From the IMG/VR virus record IMGVR_UViG_3300034095_001474, positions 96,001 through 160,000 of that record: a stretch of 64,000 bases of DNA. The stretch is one strand, 5' to 3'. Source of the DNA: a virus. Its lineage: Duplodnaviria; Caudoviricetes. The first letter of the stretch is position 1, and every line of letters starts with the position of its first letter. Under the pieces are notes generated by a model. The model was not told the DNA's origin. It was given only the letters and a program-made list of their open reading frames with translations, and made no database searches. The position numbers were made by a program, and so were the translations under genes. Below are positions 18,885 to 27,175 of the stretch, piece by piece.

Positions 18885-20003
18885 TTAGAACATTTCAGCG
18901 AAACCACCAGATTTAATCTGGTCATCACTTGTCAATTTATATTCTGGGTTAGAATATTGTTTCGCATTTGGAACAATATCGTTACCAATCTTGATTTTAT
19001 CAGCGATTTGATTCAAGTTAGCATATAATTCATCAGAATCTAATGAATAGTTACTAGTTAATGACTCAATATCTCTCAAGTTACCAGATGTAATTGCGAT
19101 ATCAGCAGCAATAGTTGATGTTACAACTTCCAAAGCATAATCCATTTCCCATCCTTTTGTGAAACCCATTGCTGATTTAGCAGCTGTAGTTGCAGCGTTA
19201 GATTTTTGACCAAACTCGTAGTCTTTCTTCAACATGTCGATAGTCGCATCAAAGTCTTGAATCTTTATATCCATAACTGTTTCAACCATTGTCAACTTTT
19301 GACCCATTTTCTTCATGATACTAGCACGAGAACCATACTTTTGAACGAAGTCTTTAGATTGAGTTAACTTGTTAGCAACACGTTGTGCTTCAGCCAATAC
19401 TTTTTGTAACTCAGAAGCATATTGTACGTACTCATCTTCCATCTTAGCCTCGATACCCATTTTCTTAACCATTCCGTCCATAGATACTTTTATGTTCTCA
19501 GCTTTTCCTTGCAACGCAATGATACGTGTTTGACCAGTGTTGGCATCTGTTTCAGATTTTTTAGCTTCAACTTCCATTTCTTGTTTCAAAGAAGCAATGT
19601 TTCCTTTAGCCATTCTAAAACTTTGTTGATTTTGAAGCATTTTACCTCTTTCAACTTCCAACTGAGCAAATGGGTCATACTTTATAAGAGATTTGTGTAA
19701 ACTTCTTGCAAAAAGACGAATCCCTTTTACGATTACTGGTGCTAATATCACCAAACCTATAATCATCACTCCAGTTGCAGCAACCGCTAACATTTGTCCA
19801 ATTGCTAGGAACACTGGAGGTAACACATATGTCCAAGCCGCCCATGCGATTGCACCAAATACTGCTAATTTTAAGAACCAAAATAAGTTCTTCTCACCTT
19901 TTCTGAAGGTATCTACTTTTGTAGCGATTTCATTCTGACTGAAATGCTTCATCATTGGCAACTCCATTAGGTTTGCGTTCAATGTTTTACTTTCTGTTTG
20001 CAT
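18885..20003 (-). CDS. Two-TM coiled-coil protein
   Basis: N-terminal TMs then heptad repeats. Confidence 0.7.
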   Translation of the reverse strand: MQTESKTLNANLMELPMMKHFSQNEIATKVDTFRKGEKNLFWFLKLAVFGAIAWAAWTYVLPPVFLAIGQMLAVAATGVMIIGLVILAPVIVKGIRLFARSLHKSLIKYDPFAQLEVERGKMLQNQQSFRMAKGNIASLKQEMEVEAKKSETDANTGQTRIIALQGKAENIKVSMDGMVKKMGIEAKMEDEYVQYASELQKVLAEAQRVANKLTQSKDFVQKYGSRASIMKKMGQKLTMVETVMDIKIQDFDATIDMLKKDYEFGQKSNAATTAAKSAMGFTKGWEMDYALEVVTSTIAADIAITSGNLRDIESLTSNYSLDSDELYANLNQIADKIKIGNDIVPNAKQYSNPEYKLTSDDQIKSGGFAEMF

Positions 20004-20010
20004 ACTTTTT

Positions 20011-20709
20011 TTATTTAAGATTAATTACTATTCCATTCTTAACTTGCTCGATGGATTGGATTACTTTATTTTTAGCCATATCGTTAGCAGCAAGTTTGCC
20101 TTCGATTTCTTGCAATTTAGGTCCATATTTACCATCAATTGCTTGAAGTTTTGTTTCACGGTCTTGGATTTGTGTTTTAAGAGCCTCCATTTGTTGTCTC
20201 ATCAAATCCAATTCACCTACCAATGATTGATTCTCGTTGGTTTTTAAATCAATCGTTTCTTGTTTCTTTGCATTACCTTTAGCGACATACTCATCGTATA
20301 CCTTTCCAATTTCAGCAATATAAAAGTTTGATTGTTCTACCAACTTATCTTTGGTAATAGTTTTGTCCATACCAGAACCCATCATAAATGCCATTTGGTA
20401 AATCTGTGGGTTGTCAGCACCAGCATTCATTACTGCTTGGAAAAACTCATAGAAATCATATCCAGATTGATTCAGCGAATCAAATCCTTTTTCATAAACT
20501 TCTAGAGCATTGTTCAAATGTTCTTGAGATACACCTACTGGTGCGTATGTTGGTGTTGGACTTGGAGTTGGTGTAGTTGGAAAACTAAACGAACTTGGTT
20601 GACTTGTTTCCGCTGTTGGAAACTTAGTCGTGTTACTTGGTGTTTGCTCAACTGTTGGTACTACTGCACTTTCTTCAGTATCTGTTACAAACCATGATTT
20701 AAAACTCAT
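20011..20709 (-). CDS. Coiled-coil protein with a P/T/S-rich linker
   Basis: ORF track; TACCTTTG promoter upstream. Confidence 0.7.
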   Translation of the reverse strand: MSFKSWFVTDTEESAVVPTVEQTPSNTTKFPTAETSQPSSFSFPTTPTPSPTPTYAPVGVSQEHLNNALEVYEKGFDSLNQSGYDFYEFFQAVMNAGADNPQIYQMAFMMGSGMDKTITKDKLVEQSNFYIAEIGKVYDEYVAKGNAKKQETIDLKTNENQSLVGELDLMRQQMEALKTQIQDRETKLQAIDGKYGPKLQEIEGKLAANDMAKNKVIQSIEQVKNGIVINLK

Positions 20710-20808
20710 TTTTCTTTTAATTTAATTGTTAATAATAAACTTTTAACAAAGGTACAAAACTTATTTCGATAAAACAAATATATTCGTAAATATTTTTAAA
20801 TTTTTTTG

Positions 20809-20879
20809 AAATTCATACTGGGCTCGAACCAGTGTCTGATGGCTTATCGCCCTCCGTGGTGCCACTCCACTAATGAATC
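20809..20879 (-). tRNA. Degenerate tRNA-like gene (Ile GAT-like, aberrant anticodon loop)
   Basis: Good acceptor, D and T arms; loop reads GGC-GATAA-GCC, no U33. Confidence 0.45.
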
Positions 20880-20976
20880 AACTATCTCCTTTTGCTCGGC
20901 AAAGCTCCATTTGATAGACGGATTATACGATATCAACTAGATTGCCGTCCAGTATCATTTGTACTCCCCAATTTTG

Positions 20977-21055
20977 TTGCGATTTGAGGAATTGAACCTC
21001 ACGGGGGTATATCTACCAATTCGTCTCATGAAAACGACCCTACACCATTATCGCA
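20977..21055 (-). ncRNA. tRNA-like RNA with a CAT anticodon hairpin placed before the D-loop-like sequence
   Basis: TGCGAT/ATCGCA stem, TCGTT-TT CAT GA-GACGA, AATTGGTAG, T arm TGAGG-TTCAATT-CCTCA. Confidence 0.45.
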
Positions 21056-21061
21056 ATTTTG

Positions 21062-21219
21062 TTCCGATGGAAGGACTCGAACCTTCATTCTCTGGTAAAG
21101 CCACCAGCGATGTATTCCTTTCTACGTTTGTTAAACCATCAGCTTCGTATTGTACACTACTAGGCTTGAAAACCAAACATTCTTTTATACCAAAAGGCAA
21201 CCAATTCATCTTCATCGGG
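21062..21219 (-). ncRNA. 158-nt tRNA-like RNA (acceptor stem + T arm, large interior)
   Basis: CCGATG/CATCGG and GAAGG-TTCGAGT-CCTTC. Confidence 0.45.
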
Positions 21220-21292
21220 TGAAGTTTATAAGGGCCGAGAGATTTACCTCCAGACTTCCACCACTTTGTTTTACTAAACAAAGAAAATAAGT

Positions 21293-21419
21293 AAAAGAGA
21301 AGCTTTGGGTCTTTCGGGGTTTCTGATTGAATGCAATGAGTAAGCTCTACCTACTATAAACCCTTTTTCGGTAATTAATACACTCTACCTTTCAATTACA
21401 GCTTAACTACTTCTCTTTA
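21293..21419 (-). ncRNA. Possible structured RNA
   Basis: AAAGAGAAG/CTTCTCTTT closing stem in a non-coding gap. Confidence 0.25.
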
Positions 21420-21421
21420 TG

Positions 21422-21528
21422 TACAGAATAAAGGATTCGAACCTTTGAGTCCCCGTGTATAGGTATCATACATACCACATTCCCAGACTTTATGTATGCT
21501 CAACCTTAAGCCACTCGGTCAATTCCAT
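21422..21528 (-). ncRNA. Class-II tRNA-like RNA with an 18-nt anticodon loop
   Basis: D arm ACC-GAGTGGCTTAA-GGT, CATACAT/ATGTATG stem, T arm AAAGG-TTCGAAT-CCTTT. Confidence 0.45.
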
Positions 21529-21615
21529 ATTTGAGGCTGAGAAGACCTCTGTGTTGTTATAAAAGAAATGTTTAACATTTCTACGTTCCTTTCTCAATGG
21601 AACAACACAATATTT

Positions 21616-21756
21616 GAGCATCAAGATTGACTTTTTTGTGCTAGCCAGTTACACCACACGCCCACACCTCTGTTAGGACATGCTGGGATTCGAACCCAGA
21701 CCCTTTGTTTTACAGACAATTTTGGTTTATTTGCTGAAACAATCTTTTGTATGCTC
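21616..21756 (-). ncRNA. CAGCAA-motif RNA (copy B) enclosing a circularly permuted tRNA (GTA anticodon hairpin)
   Basis: AAGATTG/CAATCTT carrier stem; order anticodon arm, T arm, closed acceptor CATGTCC/GGGCGTG, D arm. Confidence 0.75.
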
Positions 21757-21783
21757 TGTTTAGGTCAGAGGAACCTTCAATGT

Positions 21784-21920
21784 GGGGACAAGATTAACTT
21801 TTTTTCATACGTGCTCTACCACTGAGCTACCGACCTCTGCGAGACCAGGTGGGATTCGAACCCACGACCACGGCATTAACAAGGCTTGAATTTTTGGTTG
21901 CTGAAATAATCTTTTTACCC
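21784..21920 (-). ncRNA. CAGCAA-motif RNA (copy C) enclosing a circularly permuted tRNA (GTT-derived)
   Basis: AAGATTA/TAATCTT carrier stem; T arm GTGGG-TTCGAAT-CCCAC, acceptor CTGGTCT/AGGTCGG, D arm GCTC-AGTGGTA-GAGC. Confidence 0.78.
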
Positions 21921-21965
21921 TTGCAATATTCTACGCAGTTCCCCACGTAGAGTATTGTTTAACAA

Positions 21966-22601
21966 TTACTTGTTAGATGGTGTCACGTTAATTGACCCAA
22001 CTGAACCAGCTTTAGCTCTTTCGATACCAGCAGCTCTTTCAGCATCTAACTGTAAGTACAATTTAGTTACTTGTTCTTCTAAGAACTTGTTTTGAGTAGC
22101 TAATGTACCAATTTTTGCAGCATTTTCAGCAGCGACAGCTTTGTTCTCAGAGTGGATTAATTTAATCTCATTCTCATACTGAGTTTTCAAAGTTGCAACG
22201 ATAGTTGCTACTTCTTTTTTCACTGTAGCTTCAGTGTTAGTTCTTGCAGTGTCTAAATCAGAACGTAAAGTTGTTAATTCAGATGTTGCGATAGACGTGT
22301 AACCGTTAGATGTTAACCACTGAGTTACAACTCTTTCTTGGTTAGCTCTGAATGATAAGTCTAACTCAACGTCAGCTTGTCTACGTTTTTCAGCGTACTC
22401 AACTTCTAATGCAGAAATTGCTTCTTCTTTATTAGCTACTAACATAGTTAATTGCTCTGATTGGTCCGATAAAGTAGAAACTGTTGCAGTTGCTGCTTTT
22501 AATTCGTTTACAGCTTTAGCGATTTGTGCTGCTGCTTGTCCTAAAACTACTTCTGTGTTTGCAGAAGCTTTTCTTGCTGGTGTACTTTTTGGTGTTGCCA
22601 T
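21966..22601 (-). CDS. Ala-rich coiled-coil protein, directly upstream of the permuted tRNA-like RNAs
   Basis: 211-aa ORF with phage-like codon usage. Confidence 0.75.
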   Translation of the reverse strand: MATPKSTPARKASANTEVVLGQAAAQIAKAVNELKAATATVSTLSDQSEQLTMLVANKEEAISALEVEYAEKRRQADVELDLSFRANQERVVTQWLTSNGYTSIATSELTTLRSDLDTARTNTEATVKKEVATIVATLKTQYENEIKLIHSENKAVAAENAAKIGTLATQNKFLEEQVTKLYLQLDAERAAGIERAKAGSVGSINVTPSNK

Positions 22602-22667
22602 ACTTTTTTTTCTTTTTTTACTTTTTTTTTTATTATATTATGATTATTATATCCTTTTTCTATACTA

Positions 22668-22698
22668 CAAATATACGAACATTTTCTTTAAATGTCAA
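22668..22698 (-). promoter_or_regulatory. Bacteroidota-type promoter
   Basis: TTGACA...TATATTTG. Confidence 0.7.
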
Positions 22699-22780
22699 GT
22701 GTTTTTGTAATTATTTTTAAAAAATTTTAGTATTTAACTATTTGATTACCAATACTTTTCAATGAACTTTTTCTATACTA

Positions 22781-22811
22781 CAAATGTACGAACTCTTTTT
22801 GAATAATTCAA
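22781..22811 (-). promoter_or_regulatory. Bacteroidota-type promoter
   Basis: TTGAAT...TACATTTG. Confidence 0.65.
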
Positions 22812-22844
22812 ACTTTTTTACAATTATTTTTATTTTTTTTTTTG

Positions 22845-22938
22845 TGGAGAGATGTGGATTCGAACCACACTTTGGACGGATATTAAGTTATATCTTTCAA
22901 TAACACCACCCTTACTTTACCAATCAAGCTATCTCTCC
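22845..22938 (-). ncRNA. tRNA-like RNA with an extended anticodon arm (GAA-like loop)
   Basis: Perfect GGAGAGA/TCTCTCC acceptor, D and T arms; GGGTGG/CCGTCC plus GTTAT/ATAAC stems. Confidence 0.55.
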
Positions 22939-23211
22939 AAATTACCCTCTGAGATTACGAGGACTAGATTTTAACGGTTTTTTTCATCTTGAACAAAACT
23001 ATCTCTCAATTACGCCTATAGTTTTTAACACTACTCTTTGATTGAGCCTTTACATTAGTGTCTTACCACATAAAAATAAGTCAACCATTACGATGGGGGT
23101 AAGATGGTCTTCTTCCCGATTCCAACGAGTCCCCACTCTGGCCGTAGGACTATCTGCCAAGACGTTGTTTAAGTATCGTCATCATAACTTATGAGTACCC
23201 CTTACTCATTG

Positions 23212-23336
23212 TCGGAAGGGAAGGAATCGAACCTCCAAATAGCAGTCCCTAATAGTAGTTTTATGCTGAACATAATCTTTAAACAGATTAACTTTTTTTT
23301 ACATACTGCCGCCTTTACCAATTTGGCCACCTTCCG
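23212..23336 (-). ncRNA. tRNA with the CAGCA module inserted in a 58-nt anticodon loop (copy D)
   Basis: CGGAAGG/CCTTCCG acceptor, GCC/GGC D stem, GCAGT/ACTGC anticodon stem, insert AAAAAAAAG-TTAATCT-GTTTA-AAGATTA-TGTT-CAGCA. Confidence 0.78.
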
Positions 23337-23350
23337 AATTTAACTTTAAG

Positions 23351-23423
23351 TGGTGAGAGGTGGATTTGAACCACCGACACATGAGTTTTCAGCCCATTGC
23401 TCTACCAACTGAGCTATCTCACC
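23351..23423 (-). tRNA. tRNA-Phe(GAA)
   Basis: ATGGG-CT GAA AA-CTCAT. Confidence 0.9.
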
Positions 23424-23428
23424 ATAAT

Positions 23429-23610
23429 AACCGAAGATAGATTTATGGAATCTTGCTGCAACCATAAACATCTCTTATAGTCTTTATACTATCGTCATAA
23501 ACATTTATGAGCTTCACACACCATTAGAGAGCCGAGTATTTCTACTTATCCTTAGTGCGACACCCTCCGACACGTCTCTCCACGCTTCCTATCCTACGTC
23601 TTTTTCGGTT
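23429..23610 (-). ncRNA. CAGCAA-motif RNA (copy E)
   Basis: AACCGAA/TTCGGTT outer stem; TTTATGG-TTGCAGCAAGATT-CCATAAA hairpin. Confidence 0.4.
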
Positions 23611-23651
23611 ACTTTATTTTTAATACTTCAATGAACTTAATTTTAACACTG

Positions 23652-23682
23652 CAAATGTACAAACAATATTTGATATATGCAA
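23652..23682 (-). promoter_or_regulatory. Bacteroidota-type promoter followed by boxA-like AGTTCATTGAA
   Basis: TTGCAT...TACATTTG. Confidence 0.65.
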
Positions 23683-23888
23683 ATGTTTTTTATTTTTTTT
23701 TTAATCTAAATAGATGTCGTGTTGAATTACAGCGTAAGCATCCAGCTTAGCACCCAATTCAAAATAGTAACCGAACATGTCGTCACTAATTGCATTCTCT
23801 AACATATAAATTATATAGTTAGCCATCATCTGCATTGCTTTTTGTAGTATCTTTCTTTTCATATTACAAATGTACAACAATTTTTTGA

Positions 23889-24077
23889 TTAATCCAAATT
23901 TTTATTAATATTTTCTTTAAGATTTTTGTTCCCTTTTGAATTTGTTGGGTCAAACGGACAATGCCTACAAATATTTCCGCAGCATGTACCTCTTTTTTTA
24001 AGATAGCGTTCAGTATAAACTATCTTTCCTTTTTCTAGGTAATAATCGATTCCTTCTTCAAAACTAAATTTATCCAT
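23889..24077 (-). CDS. DUF5522-like Cys-rich small protein
   Basis: YLKKRGTCCGNICRHCPF. Confidence 0.75.
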   Translation of the reverse strand: MDKFSFEEGIDYYLEKGKIVYTERYLKKRGTCCGNICRHCPFDPTNSKGNKNLKENINKNLD

Positions 24078-24411
24078 TTTTGTTTTTATCTAATATTTTG
24101 TAGAACCATAATTTTATATATTCTCTTTGTTCATTATATGTTTTTTCATTTAATTGGAAATTGAATACATTTTTAATTTCTTTCTCACAAACTATTTTTC
24201 CATGTTTTATCAACCCAATTGAATTTATTTCACCTACTGGAATTAAAGAATGTGAAAAATCATTAACATCACTATCACCTAGAACAGTTAAAAATAAATT
24301 ATACTTACCTTCTTTTATTTTATTAGTATCAAAATAAGTATTAACGTTATTAATTTCAGATTCTTTAATTATCGGTAGTGAAACACTTAAATATAACCAA
24401 TATATTTTCAT
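24070..24411 (-). CDS. Hypothetical protein
   Basis: Start moved to MKIYWLY because the upstream part overlaps tRNA-Ala. Confidence 0.55.
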   Translation of the reverse strand: MKIYWLYLSVSLPIIKESEINNVNTYFDTNKIKEGKYNLFLTVLGDSDVNDFSHSLIPVGEINSIGLIKHGKIVCEKEIKNVFNFQLNEKTYNEQREYIKLWFYKILDKNKNG

Positions 24412-24427
24412 TTTTAAATAGTTTTTG

Positions 24428-24500
24428 TGGAGATGATGGGACTCGAACCCACATCCTTTACCTTGCAAAGGTAACGCTCAGCCAATTGAGCTACATCCCC
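24428..24500 (-). tRNA. tRNA-Ala(TGC)
   Basis: GGGGATG start, G3-U70, TTACC-TT TGC AA-GGTAA. Confidence 0.93.
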
Positions 24501-24583
24501 ATATAGTTTGGTAACTATTCGCAAGTTTCGAACCTTTTAATAGCTTTATATCCATACCCACCAAACCACTGGGTATTTACAAT

Positions 24584-24657
24584 TGGCGGTCCATGAGGGT
24601 AACGCTCCCTCGTCTTCGCAGTGACAGTGCGAGATTCTACTTTTATACTAATGGACC
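24584..24657 (-). tRNA. tRNA-Asp(GTC), encoded CCA, atypical T loop
   Basis: TCGCA-CT GTC AC-TGCGA, G73, T loop AGCGTTA. Confidence 0.82.
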
Positions 24658-24766
24658 AGTTATCAATTTTCTTTTATTTTCAGTCAGCGGCATTGATTGG
24701 CCTTTCTGTTAATCTTTATTTTCGACCTTTAATCCAACCTTCGTTTAGGTACAAAAAAGTCAATAG

Positions 24767-24838
24767 TACTCCCAGAGAGAATCGAACTCTCATTACCAGA
24801 TTGAAAACCTGGGGTCCTAACCGTTAGACGATAGGAGC
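24767..24838 (-). tRNA. tRNA-Glu(TTC)
   Basis: CCAGG-TT TTC AA-TCTGG. Confidence 0.88.
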
Positions 24839-24909
24839 GTGTTATCTGTCTTTCCAGATTGCCATACTCATACTCTCCAATGAAACGTAACTTTCATTGC
24901 AAGCGTTTG

Positions 24910-24981
24910 TACTGCCACGGAGAATCGAACTCCGATTTTATGGATGAAAACCATAGGTCCTAACCGTTAGACGATGGCAGC
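24910..24981 (-). tRNA. tRNA-Glu(TTC)
   Basis: TATGG-TT TTC AT-CCATA. Confidence 0.88.
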
Positions 24982-24987
24982 ATTTTG

Positions 24988-25060
24988 TGGTGATGGAGGG
25001 ATTCGAACCCCCGACACTCGCATCTTCAATGCGATGCTCTACCAACTGAGCTACATCACC
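24988..25060 (-). tRNA. tRNA-Phe(GAA)
   Basis: TCGCA-TT GAA GA-TGCGA. Confidence 0.92.
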
Positions 25061-25142
25061 GTTATTGTTTTACAAATGTACAAACTCTTTTTCAATTATC
25101 CTAATTTATTTGTACTTTTTTTTTTATTTTTTTTCTATAAAC

Positions 25143-25175
25143 AAAAAAAGCTCTGATTTTTAGGTCAGAGCTTTT
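25143..25175 (-). terminator. Attenuator terminator of tRNA operon 2
   Basis: AAGCTCTGA-CCTAAAAA-TCAGAGCTT plus a U tract. Confidence 0.85.
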
Positions 25176-25198
25176 ATCAATTATGTTAAACGATTACG

Positions 25199-25291
25199 TT
25201 AACTTATGATAATAGATGACCTCCCCAAGCTTTCATCGGCCTCGGCTGCAAAGTTAAATGCAAAATCAAATATGTTAGTTAATGTTTTCAT
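25199..25291 (-). CDS. Leader peptide of tRNA operon 2 (F/D/A/E)
   Basis: MKTLTNIFDFAFNFAAEADESLGRSSIIIS; AGGTCA complementary to TGACCT of the terminator. Confidence 0.8.
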   Translation of the reverse strand: MKTLTNIFDFAFNFAAEADESLGRSSIIIS

Positions 25292-25358
25292 AGTTTTTCT
25301 TTTTATGGGTTTTAACCCGTTGTTTTAATTAAATATACCGTTGTTTCCAAAAGTTATA

Positions 25359-25389
25359 CAAATGTACGACATTTATTCCAATTTGTCAA
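25359..25389 (-). promoter_or_regulatory. Bacteroidota-type promoter for tRNA operon 2
   Basis: TTGACA...TACATTTG, then AACTTTTGGAAA...ATATTTAA. Confidence 0.8.
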
Positions 25390-25413
25390 GTTTTTTTACA
25401 ATTATTTTATTTT

Positions 25414-25755
25414 TTATAAAGAATTTAAGTCTTTTACCTCTTTATGTTTGAATTCAGCACCATCTGTTGTTTTCATAGAAGGTACATATTCATATTCACC
25501 TTGGTACTTTTGTTTTAGATATTGCATCATTGCAGAACCATAACCTTTTCTTCTAAATCCTTCTCTAACTTCTATATGACTTACAGTTAACTCACCATCA
25601 TATAAAACATATTGAACAATACCCATTACATCGCCATTGATATATAAACCCAACTCATAATTATGTTGACCATCATAAGAATCTAAATGTTCTATCTTAT
25701 ATTCAACTTTTGGTTCAATCGATTCTCTTAATATTTGTTTTATAAAATTTTTCAT
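25414..25755 (-). CDS. GNAT-family acetyltransferase with N-terminal IKQILRES
   Basis: IEVREGFRRKGYGSAMM acetyl-CoA motif. Confidence 0.75.
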   Translation of the reverse strand: MKNFIKQILRESIEPKVEYKIEHLDSYDGQHNYELGLYINGDVMGIVQYVLYDGELTVSHIEVREGFRRKGYGSAMMQYLKQKYQGEYEYVPSMKTTDGAEFKHKEVKDLNSL

Positions 25756-25760
25756 CTTTT

Positions 25761-26453
25761 TTATTTATCACCATATTTTCCAGTTATTGCCATTGCCACT
25801 TTTTTTATAAATTCCCTTCTTTGTTCTGGTGTTAACCCAGCACCACCATTTTCATAACTATTAATCATGTTAGCAATAACAATTTCTTTTTTTCTCACCA
25901 TTTGATGCTTGTAATCCAAAACATCTCTCAATCCCATAAACCAAAATCCATCTTCAAATTCTAAATCTGATATTATTTCAGCTTCATTTCTAATTTCAAC
26001 ATTAGCATAAGCACCACCAGCTCTTTTGGGGTCCCAAACAGTAAACGCTTCAATATTCATAGTTGTTAATGGTGGATTTAAGTTATAAGGTCTATATATA
26101 CCATCTTTTAAAAACTCACCCATACCAGCATTTTCCCATATTTCAGTGTTTGGTATTACTATATCTAAATCACCGACACTAGTAGGAAATTCTGGGTCTA
26201 ATTGATTCATTTCATAAACCAACTCTGGATATAAGTATAATCTAGCAGAACCAGCAATAAAATATACACCTCTTTCAGAGTTTGGTTTTATACCAAATTT
26301 ATCAAATATTACAGTTTTTGATTCATGTAAATATTGTGACAATTTAGAATTCATAACCTCATTTAATTGATTACCATCTTTTAGTATTGATTCTAATTTT
26401 GTCCACACATTGTTTTCTTTCAATGCTTCATTAAATAATTCAGATAATTTCAT
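25761..26453 (-). CDS. Possible Pol-beta-family nucleotidyltransferase
   Basis: IAGSARL...GDLDIVI. Confidence 0.5.
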   Translation of the reverse strand: MKLSELFNEALKENNVWTKLESILKDGNQLNEVMNSKLSQYLHESKTVIFDKFGIKPNSERGVYFIAGSARLYLYPELVYEMNQLDPEFPTSVGDLDIVIPNTEIWENAGMGEFLKDGIYRPYNLNPPLTTMNIEAFTVWDPKRAGGAYANVEIRNEAEIISDLEFEDGFWFMGLRDVLDYKHQMVRKKEIVIANMINSYENGGAGLTPEQRREFIKKVAMAITGKYGDK

Positions 26454-26751
26454 ATTCTTTTAATCTTTCTATTGCTTCTTTATCATATTGGTTTTCAATA
26501 GTCAATGATTTAAAAGATAAAAACATATCTTTTGGACTTGGACCTTTTAAGAATAAAAAGTTGTAAGCCGACCATTCACTAGTTAAATAGTAACCATTTT
26601 CATTTTTCATTTTATCAAGCAAACACATTGGGTGTTTATTGATGTATTTCCAATCGTAATCATTACATACTTTACTTACTTTCTTCATAAAGATTGTAAA
26701 CTCAATGTATCTAACTACTAAAACCAAAGATATAAACCAAATCGCTATCAT
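26440..26751 (-). CDS. Hypothetical protein with N-terminal TM
   Basis: ORF track; ATATTTAT upstream. Confidence 0.55.
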   Translation of the reverse strand: MIAIWFISLVLVVRYIEFTIFMKKVSKVCNDYDWKYINKHPMCLLDKMKNENGYYLTSEWSAYNFLFLKGPSPKDMFLSFKSLTIENQYDKEAIERLKEYEII

Positions 26752-26826
26752 AATATAAATATTTAATGTTTATCAAATGTAATGATAATATTTTAATTAT
26801 CCTAATTATTTATGAATTTTTATTTG

Positions 26827-26908
26827 TACAGATAGAGAGACTCGAACTCTCACGCCTTTCGGCAAACGCTTCTAAGGCGTTCGGGTCTACCAATTCCCCC
26901 ATATCTGC
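26827..26908 (-). tRNA. tRNA-Leu(TAG)
   Basis: AACGC-CT TAG AA-GCGTT, long variable arm. Confidence 0.9.
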
Positions 26909-26913
26909 ATTTA

Positions 26914-27014
26914 AGATTGAAGTAGGACTCAAACCTACACAGCAGCCTTTGTTAGACCTCTAATGCTACCACCCCAGGTTATTGAGGCATGTCTATCAAT
27001 TTCATCATTCAACC
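26914..27014 (-). tRNA. Atypical Leu-like tRNA with a very long variable arm and irregular anticodon loop
   Basis: GGTTGAA/TTCAATC, Leu-type D loop, loop AATAACC, about 33-nt extra arm. Confidence 0.45.
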
Positions 27015-27018
27015 TTTG

Positions 27019-27100
27019 TACCGAGAGAGGGAGTCGAACCCTCACGCCCTACGGGCAAGGGATTTTAAGTCCCTCGTGTCTACCATTCCACCACCTCGGC
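27019..27100 (-). tRNA. tRNA-Leu(TAA)
   Basis: AGGGA-CT TAA AA-TCCCT. Confidence 0.93.
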
Positions 27101-27175
27101 ATTTGGATAGACATATGACCGTGTGGTCTATCCCGTCACCGTGACAAATAATTGACTAGTTCATGCATTCGTCAA

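Noticed and set aside
22940-23210. RNase P, SRP or 6S RNA in the GC-richer gap
   Set aside because: Hairpins are present, but I could not find the RNase P P4 or SRP domain IV signatures by eye; an Infernal search would be needed.
23247-23304. Group I intron in the anticodon loop
   Set aside because: 58 nt is far too short, and no P/Q/R/S core is visible.
24503-24580. Extra tRNA between Asp and Ala
   Set aside because: Only a hairpin and a T-loop-like AGGTTCGAAAC; no acceptor or anticodon arm could be built.
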